DNA of 62,086 bases, the filler included. It is 14 parts of 14 records of this genome, joined end to end, with 100 filler letters (N's around TTAATTAATTAA, not from the genome) between each part and the next. Parts side by side here need not be neighbours in the genome. Positions count along the whole stretch, not along the records: positions 30,274 to 36,572 come from SRR7504441_21993; positions 36,673 to 40,080 come from SRR7504441_21995; positions 40,181 to 43,589 come from SRR7504441_22000; positions 43,690 to 47,944 come from SRR7504441_22040; 10 more parts are not named here. One strand, written 5' to 3'. The notes under the pieces are model-generated. The model was not told the origin of the DNA and did not search any database. It saw only the letters and a list, made by a program, of their open reading frames with translations. Each line of letters begins with the position of its first letter. Within the stretch, counting starts at the first letter, position 1. Both the position numbers and the translations under genes were made by a program. Positions 35,117 to 48,044 of the stretch are shown in pieces.

Positions 35117-35322
35117 TTTCGGACCAAGCAAACATCTGTGTAGGAATAGAAATAAGAGGAACATGAGAGAGAGAGGTGCACTCATTGGGGCAATCGGGAT
35201 TGGTTGGGACTCCTTAGGACGGACCATGTGCAAGATTTCGTATTAAAATCAATGAATTTACTCGCACATGATTCAATGTGTATTGGCCGGGCATCCGAGG
35301 TCGTCGGCTATGAAATCAGGCA

Positions 35323-36572
35323 TTATTCTTTCTTCTTCTTTGTCTTGGATTTGGTCTTGTATAGCGACATTCGATCTTCCGCGATTCCGTCATCGCGCCT
35401 CTTTTTTGGCTTGTCTGCGCTCTTCTTGAGCTTCTCGGCAAACTGTCGCCGCCTGTTGGTCCGTGTCTTGCCTTGCTTGTCATCCTTTGGCTTGGCCTGG
35501 GGCGCGCCCTTCTTCTTGCCAAGCTCCTCGTAGATCTCGTCAAGCTCGCCCTGTATCCCGCTCTTGCGCTTGTGGTGCTCCCACCGCCGGGCGGTGTACT
35601 TGTTGCCGACCGCGCCTACGTCTTCTCTGTACGGCGCGTACCTCTTGAGCCCGGCGTACTGGTTGAGCGCCTTGTCTGGGAGCAGCAGGATCTCCTCGGG
35701 GGTCATCCCGTAGTCGGCCTTGGGCACCTCGTGGTACTTGAACCGGGTCGGGATCCCGGCCACAAGGTCCTCGTACTCCATCTGGTAAACTTGCTCAATA
35801 TACTCACCCAGCTCGGCCTCGGCCGCCTTGCCCTTCCGGACCCGCTTGCCCCGCTTGGCTGGCCGCTGCTCCTCCTCCTGGTCGGGCCATTGGTCCTGCC
35901 AGCCGTCGGCGATCTCCTGGTCCACCCCCTGCAGCAGCTGCTCGCCCTGCTCCTCGGCCGCCTGGTAGTACTCCTCATCAAACGCTTGCTCCATCTGCGC
36001 GTCATGCGCGTCCGGGTCCCACTCGGCGTCCAGGTCGACCCCCTCCAGCTCCTCGGCCCCGGCCACCTCCTGCAGCTGCTGCATCTTCTCCAGCAGCTCC
36101 TGTTTCTTCAGGTTCTTCAGTCGGTTCAGCTCCTCGCGCTGCCCCCGCTCAGCCAGCACCCACCGCGGACAGGCACCTTCTTGGCCCGCTCGGCCTCCTT
36201 CCGGTCCTCGCGCTCCTTGCGCTTGCGCCTCCGGCTGTCGTCCTTCCGCCGGACCGACCCCTCGACTGTCCGCGCGTGTGTGGCGACAACGGCTGGGGCC
36301 TCAGCTTGCTCCTCAAACCTGAAGTTGTACTCGCGCTCAAAGTTGTCCTCCTTGTCCTCCTGCTCCGAGTCCTCCTCCTGCAGCTGCCCGCCCGAGACGC
36401 TCTGCTTGTCGGTCCAGCCCTCGTTCTTGAGGTACTCCCACAAGAACTTGTCTGTCGCATTCAGTTTGGCGCTCTGGTCATAAAAGCGGTGCAGCGCCTT
36501 CTGCTCCTTGGCCACCGCTGTAGCCGGCTGCTCATCCCGCCGCTTTTCCTTCATGAACTCGGCGAACTCGGG
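35323..36572 (-). CDS. KRI1: KRI1 ribosome biogenesis protein (5' partial)
   Basis: FEREYNFRFEE, RTVEGSVRRKD, EELNRLKNLK and YEDLVAGIPTRFKY...YGMTPEEILLLPDKALNQYAGLKRYAPYR. Confidence 0.93.
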
Positions 36573-36719
36573 NNNNNNNNNNNNNNNNNNNNNNNNNNNN
36601 NNNNNNNNNNNNNNNNTTAATTAATTAANNNNNNNNNNNNNNNNNNNNNNNNNNNNNNNNNNNNNNNNNNNNCCAGCGGGTGACCGGCTCACGTTGCGGC
36701 TGCGCGCTTAACACGCTCG

Positions 36720-36940
36720 GCTCCATCTGCAAAGCAATGGTCTCTACAGGAATAACAGATTCCGTTGTGACCACTTCAGGCACTGTTTCTGTGGCGCTGT
36801 CAGGAATAGGTTTCTCTGAATCAACTCAATGTATGTTTGAAAGTGCTGTTGGCACAGTATTTGCACAGGCAGCATATCGCTCCATGGTGCAGCTTGAATG
36901 CGAAGTCCCTTTTCTTCCTGTTGGATCCACTCTTATCAGC
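36720..36940 (+). pseudogene. Isolated IPT/TIG-like domain fragment
   Basis: SGTVSVALSGIGFSESTQCMF...AAYRSMVQLECEVP, an AT-richer block flanked abruptly by unrelated GC-rich sequence. Confidence 0.45.
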
Positions 36941-37349
36941 GGCCGCAGGTCTGTGAGAGTTCCAAGGATCCGCTGGCCAAGATCCTAGCGGAGTCCGAGC
37001 GCCGCGTGAACCGGGTGCCGCTGGCCAACGGCGCAGGGCAAGCGCGGGGTACCAGACCAGAACAACCGGTAAAAATAACCGGCTGATTCCGCGAGTCAAA
37101 TCCCAAACCACGGGCCTCGACTCCGCAGGATTCGAGGGTGCGACTGTGCACCTGGATTGCAGCTTATAGCATGCCTTTTTCACAGAACTGCTTCAACTCG
37201 CCGTGGAGAACGTCGCGGGCATTTCAGCTGAGGTGCAGATTTGCGCACAGGAAGTCGCCTGAAATACTGAATGCAGAAGCAGCGCGAGTTTGCGCAGCAG
37301 CGATGCTTAAGAGTGAGGAGGTATATATCTGATTATTTGAAAGATATAT

Positions 37350-39279
37350 TCACTCTCTTGAGCATATGTAGTCCACCAGGTGCTCACGAGCTATGTCCAT
37401 TACGCTTTCGAGCTCTTGAAGTTGAAGAGTTTCAGTCAAATGATCGGTACTGGTTTCCTTTACATCGTCGCAGCGCCTTTGATGATCTTGCTCCATCAAT
37501 TCCTTTATGTTGTCGATGGTCTGGTTCAGACCCTCGTTGGTGGCCGCTTTAAAGCACTGACATTGGTGTTCAAACCCACGGAGCAAAGTCATCCTATCCA
37601 CACCCGTAGCCGCTTGCTGGTCCAAACACTCAAACAGTTTGTCTGCTTTTGCTTGCTGCTGCCCGAGAAACTGCCGGATACTTATAGCATTTGCTTCATC
37701 TATCTTTTTCAGAATGCTTTCACTACTCTTCAGTAATTGTTGTTCTACCTTCTGCTGAGTCTTGAGCACGTATAGCTGGGTTGATGTGGAAAAGACATGG
37801 GTAGAAAGTTGACGATCCAGAAGGACAGTAATGACCTTGCGGACAAAATGAGCCGGTGACATTGTCACTAGGTGTCTCAGTAGTTGCACCGCCGAGGCAA
37901 TAGAAGCCTTCTGCACAGGGTACACTTGTATGCGTACCGGAAGAGATGCATGCTTGTCCTGGTGGGCACTTGACTGGCAAGCTGGAACCCTCAGCACAAA
38001 TAGTCCCTGCGGGACACAGTCCACCTGCATTGCTAGAATCACAGCTCATAATTGAACCACTTCCATGGTAGGTACTGGCACCACCAGTGCAATAATATCC
38101 TTTCATGCATGGACCTGATGGTGCAGTCAGGCCGAGATCACCACAGTAGGATCCAGGGGGGCAACGAGTACAGCTAGGTGCATCAGTGAGCCCAGTTGCA
38201 TTGCCAAAGCTGCCCAATGGGCAAGGATATTGGGTGCTAAATTCTGTGCCATTTGGGCAGTAGTAACCAATGGGACAAATGTAGCTGGTGTATGAGATTG
38301 TACCCTCAGGAGAATAGAACCCACTTGGTGTTATTTCGCAGCGTGACATACCAGGCAGTGACTGATGTGTGCCAGCAGGACACAGAGAGGGGGCATAAGC
38401 CCCAGCCTGGGTGAAAGTTCCTGCAGGTGTCATCTGATCATCAGCCTTCTCTGCACCTCGCCACCGCTGAAGCAATGAATCGAAGCGGCGAGTGCAATAA
38501 TATCCAGCTTTGCAGTGGCCTGAGGGGTGAGGATTAGTTGTGCCAATACAATATTTTCCTTGGTCGCATGCCATGCAATCAATGGCCTGAGATGCCCCGG
38601 AGAAGTTGTTGTATGTGCCAGGAAGACATGGTTCTGGTTGCCTAGAACCTGCTGAACACCAACCGCCCGGTGTACATGGACCACCATGACTAGGTCCAGG
38701 TGGTGCAGATGTGTAGGCACCTTGCTTGCAGAAGTACCCTGGGTCGCATTTGCCTGTCGTCTGTGGCTGGCCTATGCCATCACAAAACTCTCCAGCTGTG
38801 CAGGCTGTACATTCTTCCGCACTGTGAAGGTTGACAGAGTTTCCATAAGTCCCAACAGGACATGGCTCCGGAGTTTCAGTTGAAGTTCCAGCTTCACAAT
38901 AATGTCCAGGTGCACAGCTCCCACTTGGTGCGCACGAAAGCACTATGCCCCCGATGCTCCAGCTCCCACGAGGACACTGGACGGGCTCCCCGGTCGCCGC
39001 AGGACATGCAAAACCTGCGGGACAGGCAAAGCACTGGTCCCGTTGGGGAGAATGGGTCATCCCGTGAGGACAGTCCGAACAATTGGCAGCGCCCCCGAGG
39101 CTAAAGGTCCCCGCCCCACACAAGATTGGGTCCCTTGAGCCTTGACACGTGTATCCAGCTGGGCAAACTTCACAGCCTGTGGGCTCGGAGAGATAGTAGC
39201 CCGGGGAACAAGAGGCGTTCGTCAGTGGGTTCATCTGCAAGAAAACCGCGAACACCAACAAGGCCCGCGAGCAATACAT
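37350..39279 (-). pseudogene. Collapsed gene for a giant secreted Cys-rich (GCC2/GCC3, ephrin-receptor-like repeat) protein with a coiled-coil region
   Basis: Signal peptide, then many CPxGxYC repeats. At about 37795 the repeats stop mid-unit and an out-of-frame coiled-coil segment follows with no splice signal. Confidence 0.65.
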
Positions 39280-40180
39280 ATAGCCGCAGCACCTTGGTGC
39301 GCGTTATGACCACATCAGGAGGCCCGAACTACAAGCCTCATTGGCTCAGCTAGCGGTAGCGCTAGTACCGTCAGGTTCGGAGAGTTTCTGGCCACATGTA
39401 TTGGGTTGAAGAGAGCGGTGTAGCCAGGTATAGTAGCCAGGTGAGCCGGCGGCGCTCATGGCCGTCCACACGAGCAGCGAGCCCGATCAGGCTTCGACAG
39501 GGTCGCCGACCGCCCTGGTCAGGGACTCCCGCCCCCGCCGGTCTCAGGTCCTTCGCCCGACGTCGAGGCTCGCCCGATCTGGCCCACGGACCTGCTCAGC
39601 TCGGGCGAGCTCTCTTGGGCGCTCCGCGCGGCGCTCGGTGGGCTGCCCCTGTTTTTCTGGCCGGGCTGCCCCCCCGGACGAAGTCCGGGCCCGGTCGCTG
39701 CCCCCGGGCTGCTGAAACCGGCTGTACGGTGAGCATCGCTGTCACGGTGTAGGGTGAGAGAGGTTCAAGACCCAGGCGGGCGGCGTTGGTGCTAGACATA
39801 GACCGGACCGCGCGCGGTGAGCACCACATCGCCACCTGTCAGCTTGCCACCAAACAATGCCGCTATTGCACGTTGCACGTCACACGAGTTGGCGCGATGT
39901 TTGTGTGGGCTCGTGAGGGGTGGGATCGCACGAATGATGTTAATGTTGTAGCTTAATAGATTATTTGTAGCTTGATTGCAGCTCTCGCGTAGCTCCGGTG
40001 TCCAATAGCGTTTAATCTAGCTCGCAATCATCGCTTTGATTGTACAAAGCGATGAAAGTACGATGAAAGGTGGCTATTGGNNNNNNNNNNNNNNNNNNNN
40101 NNNNNNNNNNNNNNNNNNNNNNNNTTAATTAATTAANNNNNNNNNNNNNNNNNNNNNNNNNNNNNNNNNNNNNNNNNNNN

Positions 40181-42003
40181 CAGCGCCTCCCGCCCACCTC
40201 GCCTCCGCCTCGTGCTGGCGTTGCATGAAACGCCAAGAAGTTGATAATGGTTCATCTCAAGTCGGAAATCCTTGACACTCACTTTCTGGACACTGTTGTC
40301 GGGCCATTTGAGCTCCGCTTCCATCTGCTTATTGATCTCTCCAACGAGCATGCAGATCTCTGTTCCACGACTTGCAAAGATTATTCATAGGGAGGAGTTA
40401 TACCGCTTTCACGGCGCTGTCCCATGCATTCTGATCACGTTGTCCTAACGATAGTAAACGGATGGTACAGAAACATTGAGTCGGCCAGTGTGCGTAGAAT
40501 TTCTGTTTGTTGATGTGTTATGAGCTCTGTGCATTCAAGGAATTCTTCTCTGATATCATTTAGCTCGACTGGCTCGTCCCACTTGTCCTTGGGAGCAACT
40601 CTAGTCACGCCAAGTAAGATGGCAGTCTTGTGACCAGCGACCACCTGCTCCAAGCATCGTCATCCTGTGCATGTCTTTCAGGAATCACCTCGGCACTCCC
40701 GCCTGTCATTTGCATAACCGTCTCGATTAGCTGTTTGATTAGTTCCCCTTTCTTGATTACTATTGCGCCACGATCTAGCAGAATGACCATTTTGACGCTT
40801 CGAGCGGCATGCAGGATGGACTTAATGTTGACGGCATTAGCGATATTGATTTCAGTCCCCCGATTGTCTCCAAAGCCCTGCAAGCATGTATGTCAGTGAT
40901 AAAGCTTACTTATGGCACTCACCGGGCAATCTACAAACGTGAATTCTCGGCCGCATTTTACATCAGGAATGAATGTTTCTGAGCGCTTGGAGGTCCCTAT
41001 TTTCATCAACTCGCGTACTTGAGAGGTACGGGAAACCACTACTTTATACGGCTTGCTGCTTTTGTCTAGATCCAAGGTACAGCCATGAAGATAATTGATG
41101 AACGTGCTCTTTCCGCTGCCTGTGTCGCCAATTAGCACAAGTAAATCTTTTCCTCGAGCCTCCTCGACACTGCGCTGCCCTAACTGGATGCAGTGGTTAA
41201 CGCACTCCAACGACTCATTTGTGGTCAGCGTTGCGTTGGGATCTTTTAGCTTCTGCTGCAGTAGCGCCTCTATGAGACTGGGGTCGGACTCAGCAGGTGC
41301 TGCATCAGGTAAAGGGCCATTGGTGCGTTCCCACGAACTAGAACGCTGCCGTATAAGGTCGATGGCAAGTCCAGTCTGGATCTCCTGCGTGCTGTTCTTG
41401 CGGACCGAGGTCGCTAGACCTTCGTGGTCTCCAGGAGGTGGTCTCAACTTTGCAGGCTCTACAACAGGCTGGCTCGGGACGGCCTCTTGAGTGAGCAACC
41501 GCCTCAGCTCGCGGCACATGCTGTCTTTGTCCATGAAAGTGGACTCATCCGCGCCCAAAGACCTAAGCTCGTGCCTTAGCTCAGCTACGGAGCAGGCCCG
41601 AACACCCAGCAGTCCAAAGATTTTCTGGGGACCCAGATGACCGGCCGCCACAGCTTTGCGCAGGCCGGAGAGCGCGATGAAGGTCTTGCTGGCATCGCCT
41701 GTTTCCAGCTTGGCTGCTACTGTCAACATCTCGGCCTCAGCATCCCGATCCACTAGCCGCGTCAACTCGGGCTCTGCCACACCTGCCACGCCGGGGTAAC
41801 TTCCTGCCGGGCGCAGAGTGATTGAGGGGTACCCCTACACTCCAGGTGGAGGCGATACAGGTCGTTGAACAGCCTTTGGAATTCAACCATTGTGAGCCGG
41901 CCGTCGGCTGCTGTGTTGTAGCTTTCAAAGATGCGCTCCACCTGGACCAGCAAATCATACCCGCATCGATGCGGGCGGCGCTCGCCTGAATCTCTGTTTG
42001 CAT
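40181..42003 (-). CDS. EF-hand + P-loop GTPase + J-domain start multidomain protein (3' partial or truncated)
   Basis: IFESYNTAADGRLTMVEF; LIGDTGSGKSTFINYL; SETFIP; FVDCP/GFGDNRG joined across an intron; NHYQLLGVSCNAS. Confidence 0.7.
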
Positions 42004-42229
42004 CGTGCGGGACTCGGCGGCGCGCCGGTGATGCCCTTGGATTCGCGCCCACGATTGGGCGTCCTGTGTGAGGGGTGCGTGCGGCACCCACCGACCCGCG
42101 CTGGGTCAGCTGAAGATCTCCAGCTGTGGAAGCAACGGTGAATAACCTTGGACGACAATAACAAATAACTGACAGTCACCCTGGCACCATGTCACCCGTC
42201 AGATGGGCGACCAGAGCGACTAGCAGAGC

Positions 42230-43234
42230 ATGAAGAGAAAGCGGCCACCGTCACCCAGCATTAGACCAACGCAAAGATACCTAGGAAAGCCCGGCGGCTT
42301 CCGTGTGGGTGTTCTCTTCTTTGAGCCCGTTTGCACTCCGAAATGGGTCGATGCGCAAAAGGGGAGATGCCCCAGCTGCAGCACTGAGTGCAAGCGGGTA
42401 CTTAGTGGTGAGTATCCGCATCACGAGCTCCGGTGCAATCGAGGCGGTGATTTGGTATACAAATATGCAGCGAGTGACTACAGTCTGGCCAGAGGGGACT
42501 CACTGCGTGCACCTGACACGGACGAGAAGCTGGACAATTTCAAGGGCTTGGTTGTGGGCATGCTAACAAAGAAACTTGGGTTGATGAGAACTGACCGAGT
42601 TGTCATCCACAAAAGTGGCGCTGCGAAGATCGAGCTTTTCCTGTCAACTGCACAACGTGCACATGAAGTGCGAGAGGCTGTCCATGAAACGGTAGACTCT
42701 GCTGTCACACCTGATGGGGAGATGCACCACTTCTATCAAACAACAGAAGTTGACCTAGTGCTGTGGCCTAAGGGTGCGAAGCTTGTATACTTTGGTGGTG
42801 TCGCGCACACAGATACTGTCCCTGTACGAGTAAAGCAACGGATGACAGAAGTTGAATATGAAGTAGAGTTTCAGACCAACAGCTCTGTTCATGTTGTCCA
42901 TGCACGATATCTAGCCGAGCCACAAAGCTTTGCGGAGACAAAAGAGAATTTTGCAGATGAAACTAAAAAAAGATCACATTCCCATGCAACCCCTGATTCA
43001 ATTGAAATCCGATTGGCAACCTGCACATGCGAGACCACGAGTGGTTCAGTAGCACAACTCAATCGGATGGCCGCTCAGGCTGAGCAAGATATGGAAGCTG
43101 CTATCGATGCGAGGGATCTCGAAGCTGCTTGCAAGGCCGGCGCACTTGTGGGCTTTTGGCGCACACACGCCATTCGAGCAATGCATGGTGTGGAGTTTGT
43201 GATTCAAGCTAGCCATTCTAGGCAAAGCTATTGA
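42230..43234 (+). CDS. Hypothetical protein (intronless, basic N-terminus, Cys cluster)
   Basis: 334-aa ORF, MKRKRP, CPSC...HHELRC. No family recognised. Confidence 0.55.
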   Translation: MKRKRPPSPSIRPTQRYLGKPGGFRVGVLFFEPVCTPKWVDAQKGRCPSCSTECKRVLSGEYPHHELRCNRGGDLVYKYAASDYSLARGDSLRAPDTDEKLDNFKGLVVGMLTKKLGLMRTDRVVIHKSGAAKIELFLSTAQRAHEVREAVHETVDSAVTPDGEMHHFYQTTEVDLVLWPKGAKLVYFGGVAHTDTVPVRVKQRMTEVEYEVEFQTNSSVHVVHARYLAEPQSFAETKENFADETKKRSHSHATPDSIEIRLATCTCETTSGSVAQLNRMAAQAEQDMEAAIDARDLEAACKAGALVGFWRTHAIRAMHGVEFVIQASHSRQSY

Positions 43235-43689
43235 TTCTTCTAGGCAAGATTTTTGTTTGTTATTTTCTATTTATTTTCATTACATGTACATGTATCATCC
43301 CGACACAACAGGTGAGGTCAAGCCGAGGCGGGCCCCACTTAAGCCAATAGCGGTTAATTAGCAGATCTGCTAATCTAGATTATGCACGCGTCGTTTGGGT
43401 TCAACAATTATTACCATCATTGGCTAAATCTCGAGCTGGTTCCATATGTTTATCCATATGCAACGATACGTCAGATTCGAGCAAGATAGGAGAGAGCCTC
43501 TGATATTGAGCTCACGTACTACGTGCTACCGTATAAGCTGATATACGACTTCACAGTAGTGCGGTCCAGAACGCTGCCCCAGTAATGGTNNNNNNNNNNN
43601 NNNNNNNNNNNNNNNNNNNNNNNNNNNNNNNNNTTAATTAATTAANNNNNNNNNNNNNNNNNNNNNNNNNNNNNNNNNNNNNNNNNNNN

Positions 43690-44090
43690 GCATCTGTCCC
43701 CACGGCCGGCGGCGCACCCTATGCAAAGAGTGCGGCGGGGGCAGCCTCTGTCCCCACAGCCGGCGGCGCAGTGAGTGCAAAGAGTGCGGGGGCGGCGGCA
43801 TCTGCAGCCACGGCAAGCGGCGCTATCGGTGCAAAGAGTGCGGCAGGGGCAATAGGAAGCGTAAGGTCGCCAAGGCGCTGCGACAGCCAGCCGACGCTTC
43901 GCTAGCACAGCCCAAGAAGGCACGGGCAGCCATTATTAATACTACGTTGTGCCAGCCGGCGGTGACTGAGTGCACTGATCTATCTCATGAGGTTGTGCGT
44001 GGCCACAACGACGAGACGATGGCCGGCATGTCTCGGCCTAATCTCGGCCAGACCTGGAGACTTATGATTAACTCCTTGTCGACAGAGTAA
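43690..44090 (+). CDS. CxHxRxRxxCKECG tandem zinc-binding repeat protein (5' partial)
   Basis: ICPHGRRRTLCKECGGGS-LCPHSRRRSECKECGGGG-ICSHGKRRYRCKECG, 54-nt period. Absent from the ORF track because there is no upstream Met. Confidence 0.8.
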
Positions 44091-44235
44091 GTATATATTC
44101 GAATTATATTCTAAAGCTCTAGGTACGGACATGCACCTAGTGATAGATCCATGGTTTGCAATTCTGCCTCCTTGGTGCTACTCCTAATATCTGAGTACTA
44201 GAACGTCCTCTACATCTAGTCTACATCGCCACAGG

Positions 44236-47200
44236 TCAGCTGAAGCCATAGCTCGCACCCACTGCCAACCAGCACAACAGCCCGGCCGCAAACCAGCAGC
44301 CCCGAGCCGCCCCAGCCGCTCCATTCACAACTGTCCATTCCAGCCGCCAGCCGCTGGCTGATCCGTCCCGTACAATCGCCTCCGGCGCCAGCCCGGGATC
44401 GCAGACCGGTCCTTTCGCGCCATACAGCACGCTAGATCTGTTGCTAAACTGCCCGGCCCGTTCGACGATCTGCCGTCCGAGCCTGGACACCGACGCCCGG
44501 TGCGACGTGGTCAGCTGCACACAGCACCAGTCATAACGCATGCTAGCACGCAGACGCTTGCCTGAACTGGAACGAATCCATTCGCTACCGAGCCCAGCGC
44601 TGAGACCTCTGCAGGCGCATCTAGCTCGGCACTCACTGCTGCTTCGACGGCCCGAAGCCATGAAGATGTGAGCGACCGTGAAGCCTCCAGCCGCAGCCAG
44701 AGTGCCTGTGGTTGCTCCACTGGGCCACGCACCACCATGTGGTACGCCTGCGCGGGCTTGGGCACATGAGTTGCCTCCACCGCCAGTGTAATAACTGTCC
44801 CCGCAGCGAGCGGAGGCAAGACCACCTGTGGCCTTGCTGTGAACGGACTGCTGTGGGGGAAGGTACCTGCTCCATGTTGTCTGTGGAATCACGCACGCTG
44901 TAGCTCTGCTGGTCGACAGAGTCACGGTACGACCCGCCGTGATAGCTGCTTCCACCCGCAGTAACGACGAGATCCAGATCATTCACCAGCGCTTTCCCGG
45001 CGAGAGGTGAGCCGGCACGGTCGGTCCATGCCAGTGTGACCGAGATCCGCTCCGTGTCCGCGCTGACCAGCAGCTCATGAACGCCAGCCTCGCCGTCGGA
45101 GAGTGTCCCTTCAAACCGAGCCAGGCGGATGGGCGACGACTGGCAGAACCGCAGACCTGATAAACCCGTCAGCAGCTGAGCTAGTTGCACGAGGTCTGCC
45201 TTGGCTCAGCTGCGGGCAGCCGTAGCCTGCTTCCTTGCTTGGCGGTCTGTCGCCGTACGGCACAGCCACAGCCACAGCAAGAGCTCGGACTAGGGCGGAC
45301 GCGGGCGATTGTAACGCGTCCTGTGGCCGCTGTTGGCCTGTGCGTGGCAACAGTGAGCATGGGAGCGGAGGCGAGGGTGACCTGTGGGGAGCATACCGAG
45401 CCGGAGGTATTGCCGGAGCAGCGCGGCGGTGCCTGCAAGGATCTGGCCCAAGCAGTCAACCCGTGCCATGCAGCCAGTGGCACCCCGCAACACATACTGT
45501 ATGCTACTAGTGCTATAGAGCTAACTCTATACTGCCAGCATAGCCACCCCGCAAGACATGGAAGTGCCTGTAAGCGTCGCCATCGCCCCAGCCCCGCACT
45601 CAGGCCGGTTCCCGTGCCCAAACGCAGAGTACACCTGCCACAGCCTAATAACCGCCCAATCAGCTGCAGCCCGCACCTCCCCCGGCATGATCAAATCTGG
45701 CTTAACCCGCCCGTCCCAACTCGCCCCGCGGGCCGATGATTTCAGAACGTCTTTCATCGTCTTATGAGCTTTAGGATTCGAGCCAGACCCGTGGAACCCC
45801 GTCGCACTCGCTTGCAACTGACTGACGCGAGCGCTGCCAGGGATCAGCGCGCAGCGGTGAGGCTGACCGGTTTGCGGTGGAGGTGTATGAAGCTGCAACG
45901 GACATGCAGTTCTTGCCTGTCATGACAGTTATTACGGCTAAACTGTGAGGGTGGTTACAGGTGGCTGGTGCCATAACAGTCCCGACCGGACCATTGTTGC
46001 CCGCAGCCACCACGACGATGAAATCTGGATTCTCAGAGACGAATCGGTCCATGTCTTGTGCGTGCCTCGAGTAGTAGTTGCATTCGTTGCTGCCGATCGG
46101 TCAGGCATGGTAGTATCTGAAGCTTAGTGCTGTACCCGCCTCCGCTGCAGCCCCACGCGTTGCTGTGCACACGGGCGCCGGTGTGGTAGGCCTGGGCCCA
46201 ACCGGTCAGAACCTCACTATGGTGGCACCAGCATAGTGTTAGCGCTATTGGGCTACAGTAGTATAGTAACCAGCGTGGTGTTAGCGCTATTATAGTAGTA
46301 TAGTAGTGGCAGTAGCTCTCACCTGAGGGAGCACTTTCTCATAAATCAGCACACGCGAGCTGCTCTTGGCATTCATCTCAATATCACCACCCCCCTTGAG
46401 CACCTGAATCCCGTTAAATTCCGTTAGCTGCCGTTGTTGGGATGCCTGTGAGGTCATCACGATCTTTGCCTTTGGCGCCACGCCCTTGTATCTGCAAAAC
46501 GGCTCGTCTGCCTTTTCAGCAGGGCATTCCCCAGCTATTGAAGCGGACAGAAAGGTGCCTGTGGCCGACTCAGCCCAGACCACGCCGTCAAGCCTCGCCG
46601 TGCCCGTCGCCGACACCAGTTGTGGTGACTTTGCCCTTTTGCTTACCGTAACCGTCAACAGTAAACACTTGCACCACCTACCTCAACCTCACCCCAACCG
46701 CCCAAAATAACGGCTACCTTGCGCTGCGAGTAGTCAGTCACGCACTGCTGGTAGTCTGCCGCTCGGCAGATGGCCGGGGGATCCTCCGGCGGCCACTTGT
46801 TTGATAGCAGGCAATGGTGCCAGTTCACGCCGGCATCGAACAACGCCACGATTTCGCCCGAACCGTCCAGCCAGCTCGGGCCCACATTATGCGGGCCCGG
46901 CGGGTCGGCGCTGTTGTTTGTCCAGAGCATCTCTGCCACGCCCAGATTGCGTGCGGCCATCTGATAGCCTCGTCCCACCCACACCACCCGCCGGCCCTCG
47001 GCCAGCCTCTCGGCGACCCGCCGGGCCGATCGGCCGCGCACTCGGAGGCTGCTCCGTCGCCCGGGGATGCGCTCCAGCTCGAGCTCGACCCAGGCTCGCC
47101 GGCCGGCCCGCCGACTGGTCAGCAGGGTGTCGACCTTGTCACTCGGCCGGAGAGGCCCACACCACAGCGCCTCAGGGTGGGCGCACAGCTCGGCTGGGGG

Positions 47201-47488
47201 CGGCCCGGCGACCAACCAGGTGTTGTGCGGCAGGTACGGCCTGCCCGCCGGTCTGCCCGGCCACCGGGCGGCGCACCCATCCAAGGAGACGTTGGTGGAG
47301 CGCTCGACCCGAGACCGGGACGAGGGACTGGCCAGGTGAACCATCCAGGGCCCGGCCGGCTGGCCCGCGGGGGAGGCGGACGGTACGACCCGAGTGTCGA
47401 TTGTGCGCCCGGCCAGTAGGATGAGCCGGCGGTCCTCGGCCCAGGCCATGGCGGCACACAAGCCGCACAGCGCCAGCCACTTCTTCAT
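44236..47488 (-). CDS. Secreted subtilisin-like S8 protease (KP-43/TagC-like), many introns
   Basis: Signal peptide; YLPHNTW; catalytic D (ALFDAG), H (GH/GTF across GC-AG intron 46559-46598), oxyanion N (AAGN), S (GTSMS); DGRVKPDL; VTLAWTD...LVNDLDL. Confidence 0.88.
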
Positions 47489-48044
47489 CTCGATGGGAAA
47501 GTAACGGCAAGGTGTTTGGTTGTGGCCGAGTCCTACGAGTAGTCAGTAGTGAACCGAGCACGGCACAACAACTCGGCCGTGTATTAGCACACCGGACGAC
47601 ATTCTATTAATATATCCAGTTATTATTTATACCGGCACATCCCGTCACACGCCCCGGGTAACTGCCCGCTAGCCCGCCTGAACTGACATAGAATAGAAAT
47701 TAGCGTAGTGTTGTAGGATTCTTTTAGCCGACAAGCTCCAAAAGTCGCGTTTCGATGGATCTATTGTTCTGAGATTAGTGCTGATTAGTGCTGCTTGATT
47801 CAAGCTACTGGGATAGAACTAGAACGACCTTACCGCGTAATAACAAGTATTGAGAACCTAGCTACTTTAATATAGCTACTCGTAGGGAGCCGCTCTATTG
47901 GCCTTATAATTATTGGCCTCGACTAATGATGACTTCAAATTGAGNNNNNNNNNNNNNNNNNNNNNNNNNNNNNNNNNNNNNNNNNNNNTTAATTAATTAA
48001 NNNNNNNNNNNNNNNNNNNNNNNNNNNNNNNNNNNNNNNNNNNN

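Noticed and set aside
38452-38496. Imperfect inverted repeat interrupting a Cys-rich repeat (YYCT-RRFDSLLQRWR-GAEK)
   Set aside because: Could be a 33-nt GC-AG intron or a small rearrangement; too short to call a structured intron or MITE.
39400-39835. Possible small minus-strand gene upstream of the Cys-rich gene
   Set aside because: No recognisable motif and no convincing exon structure.
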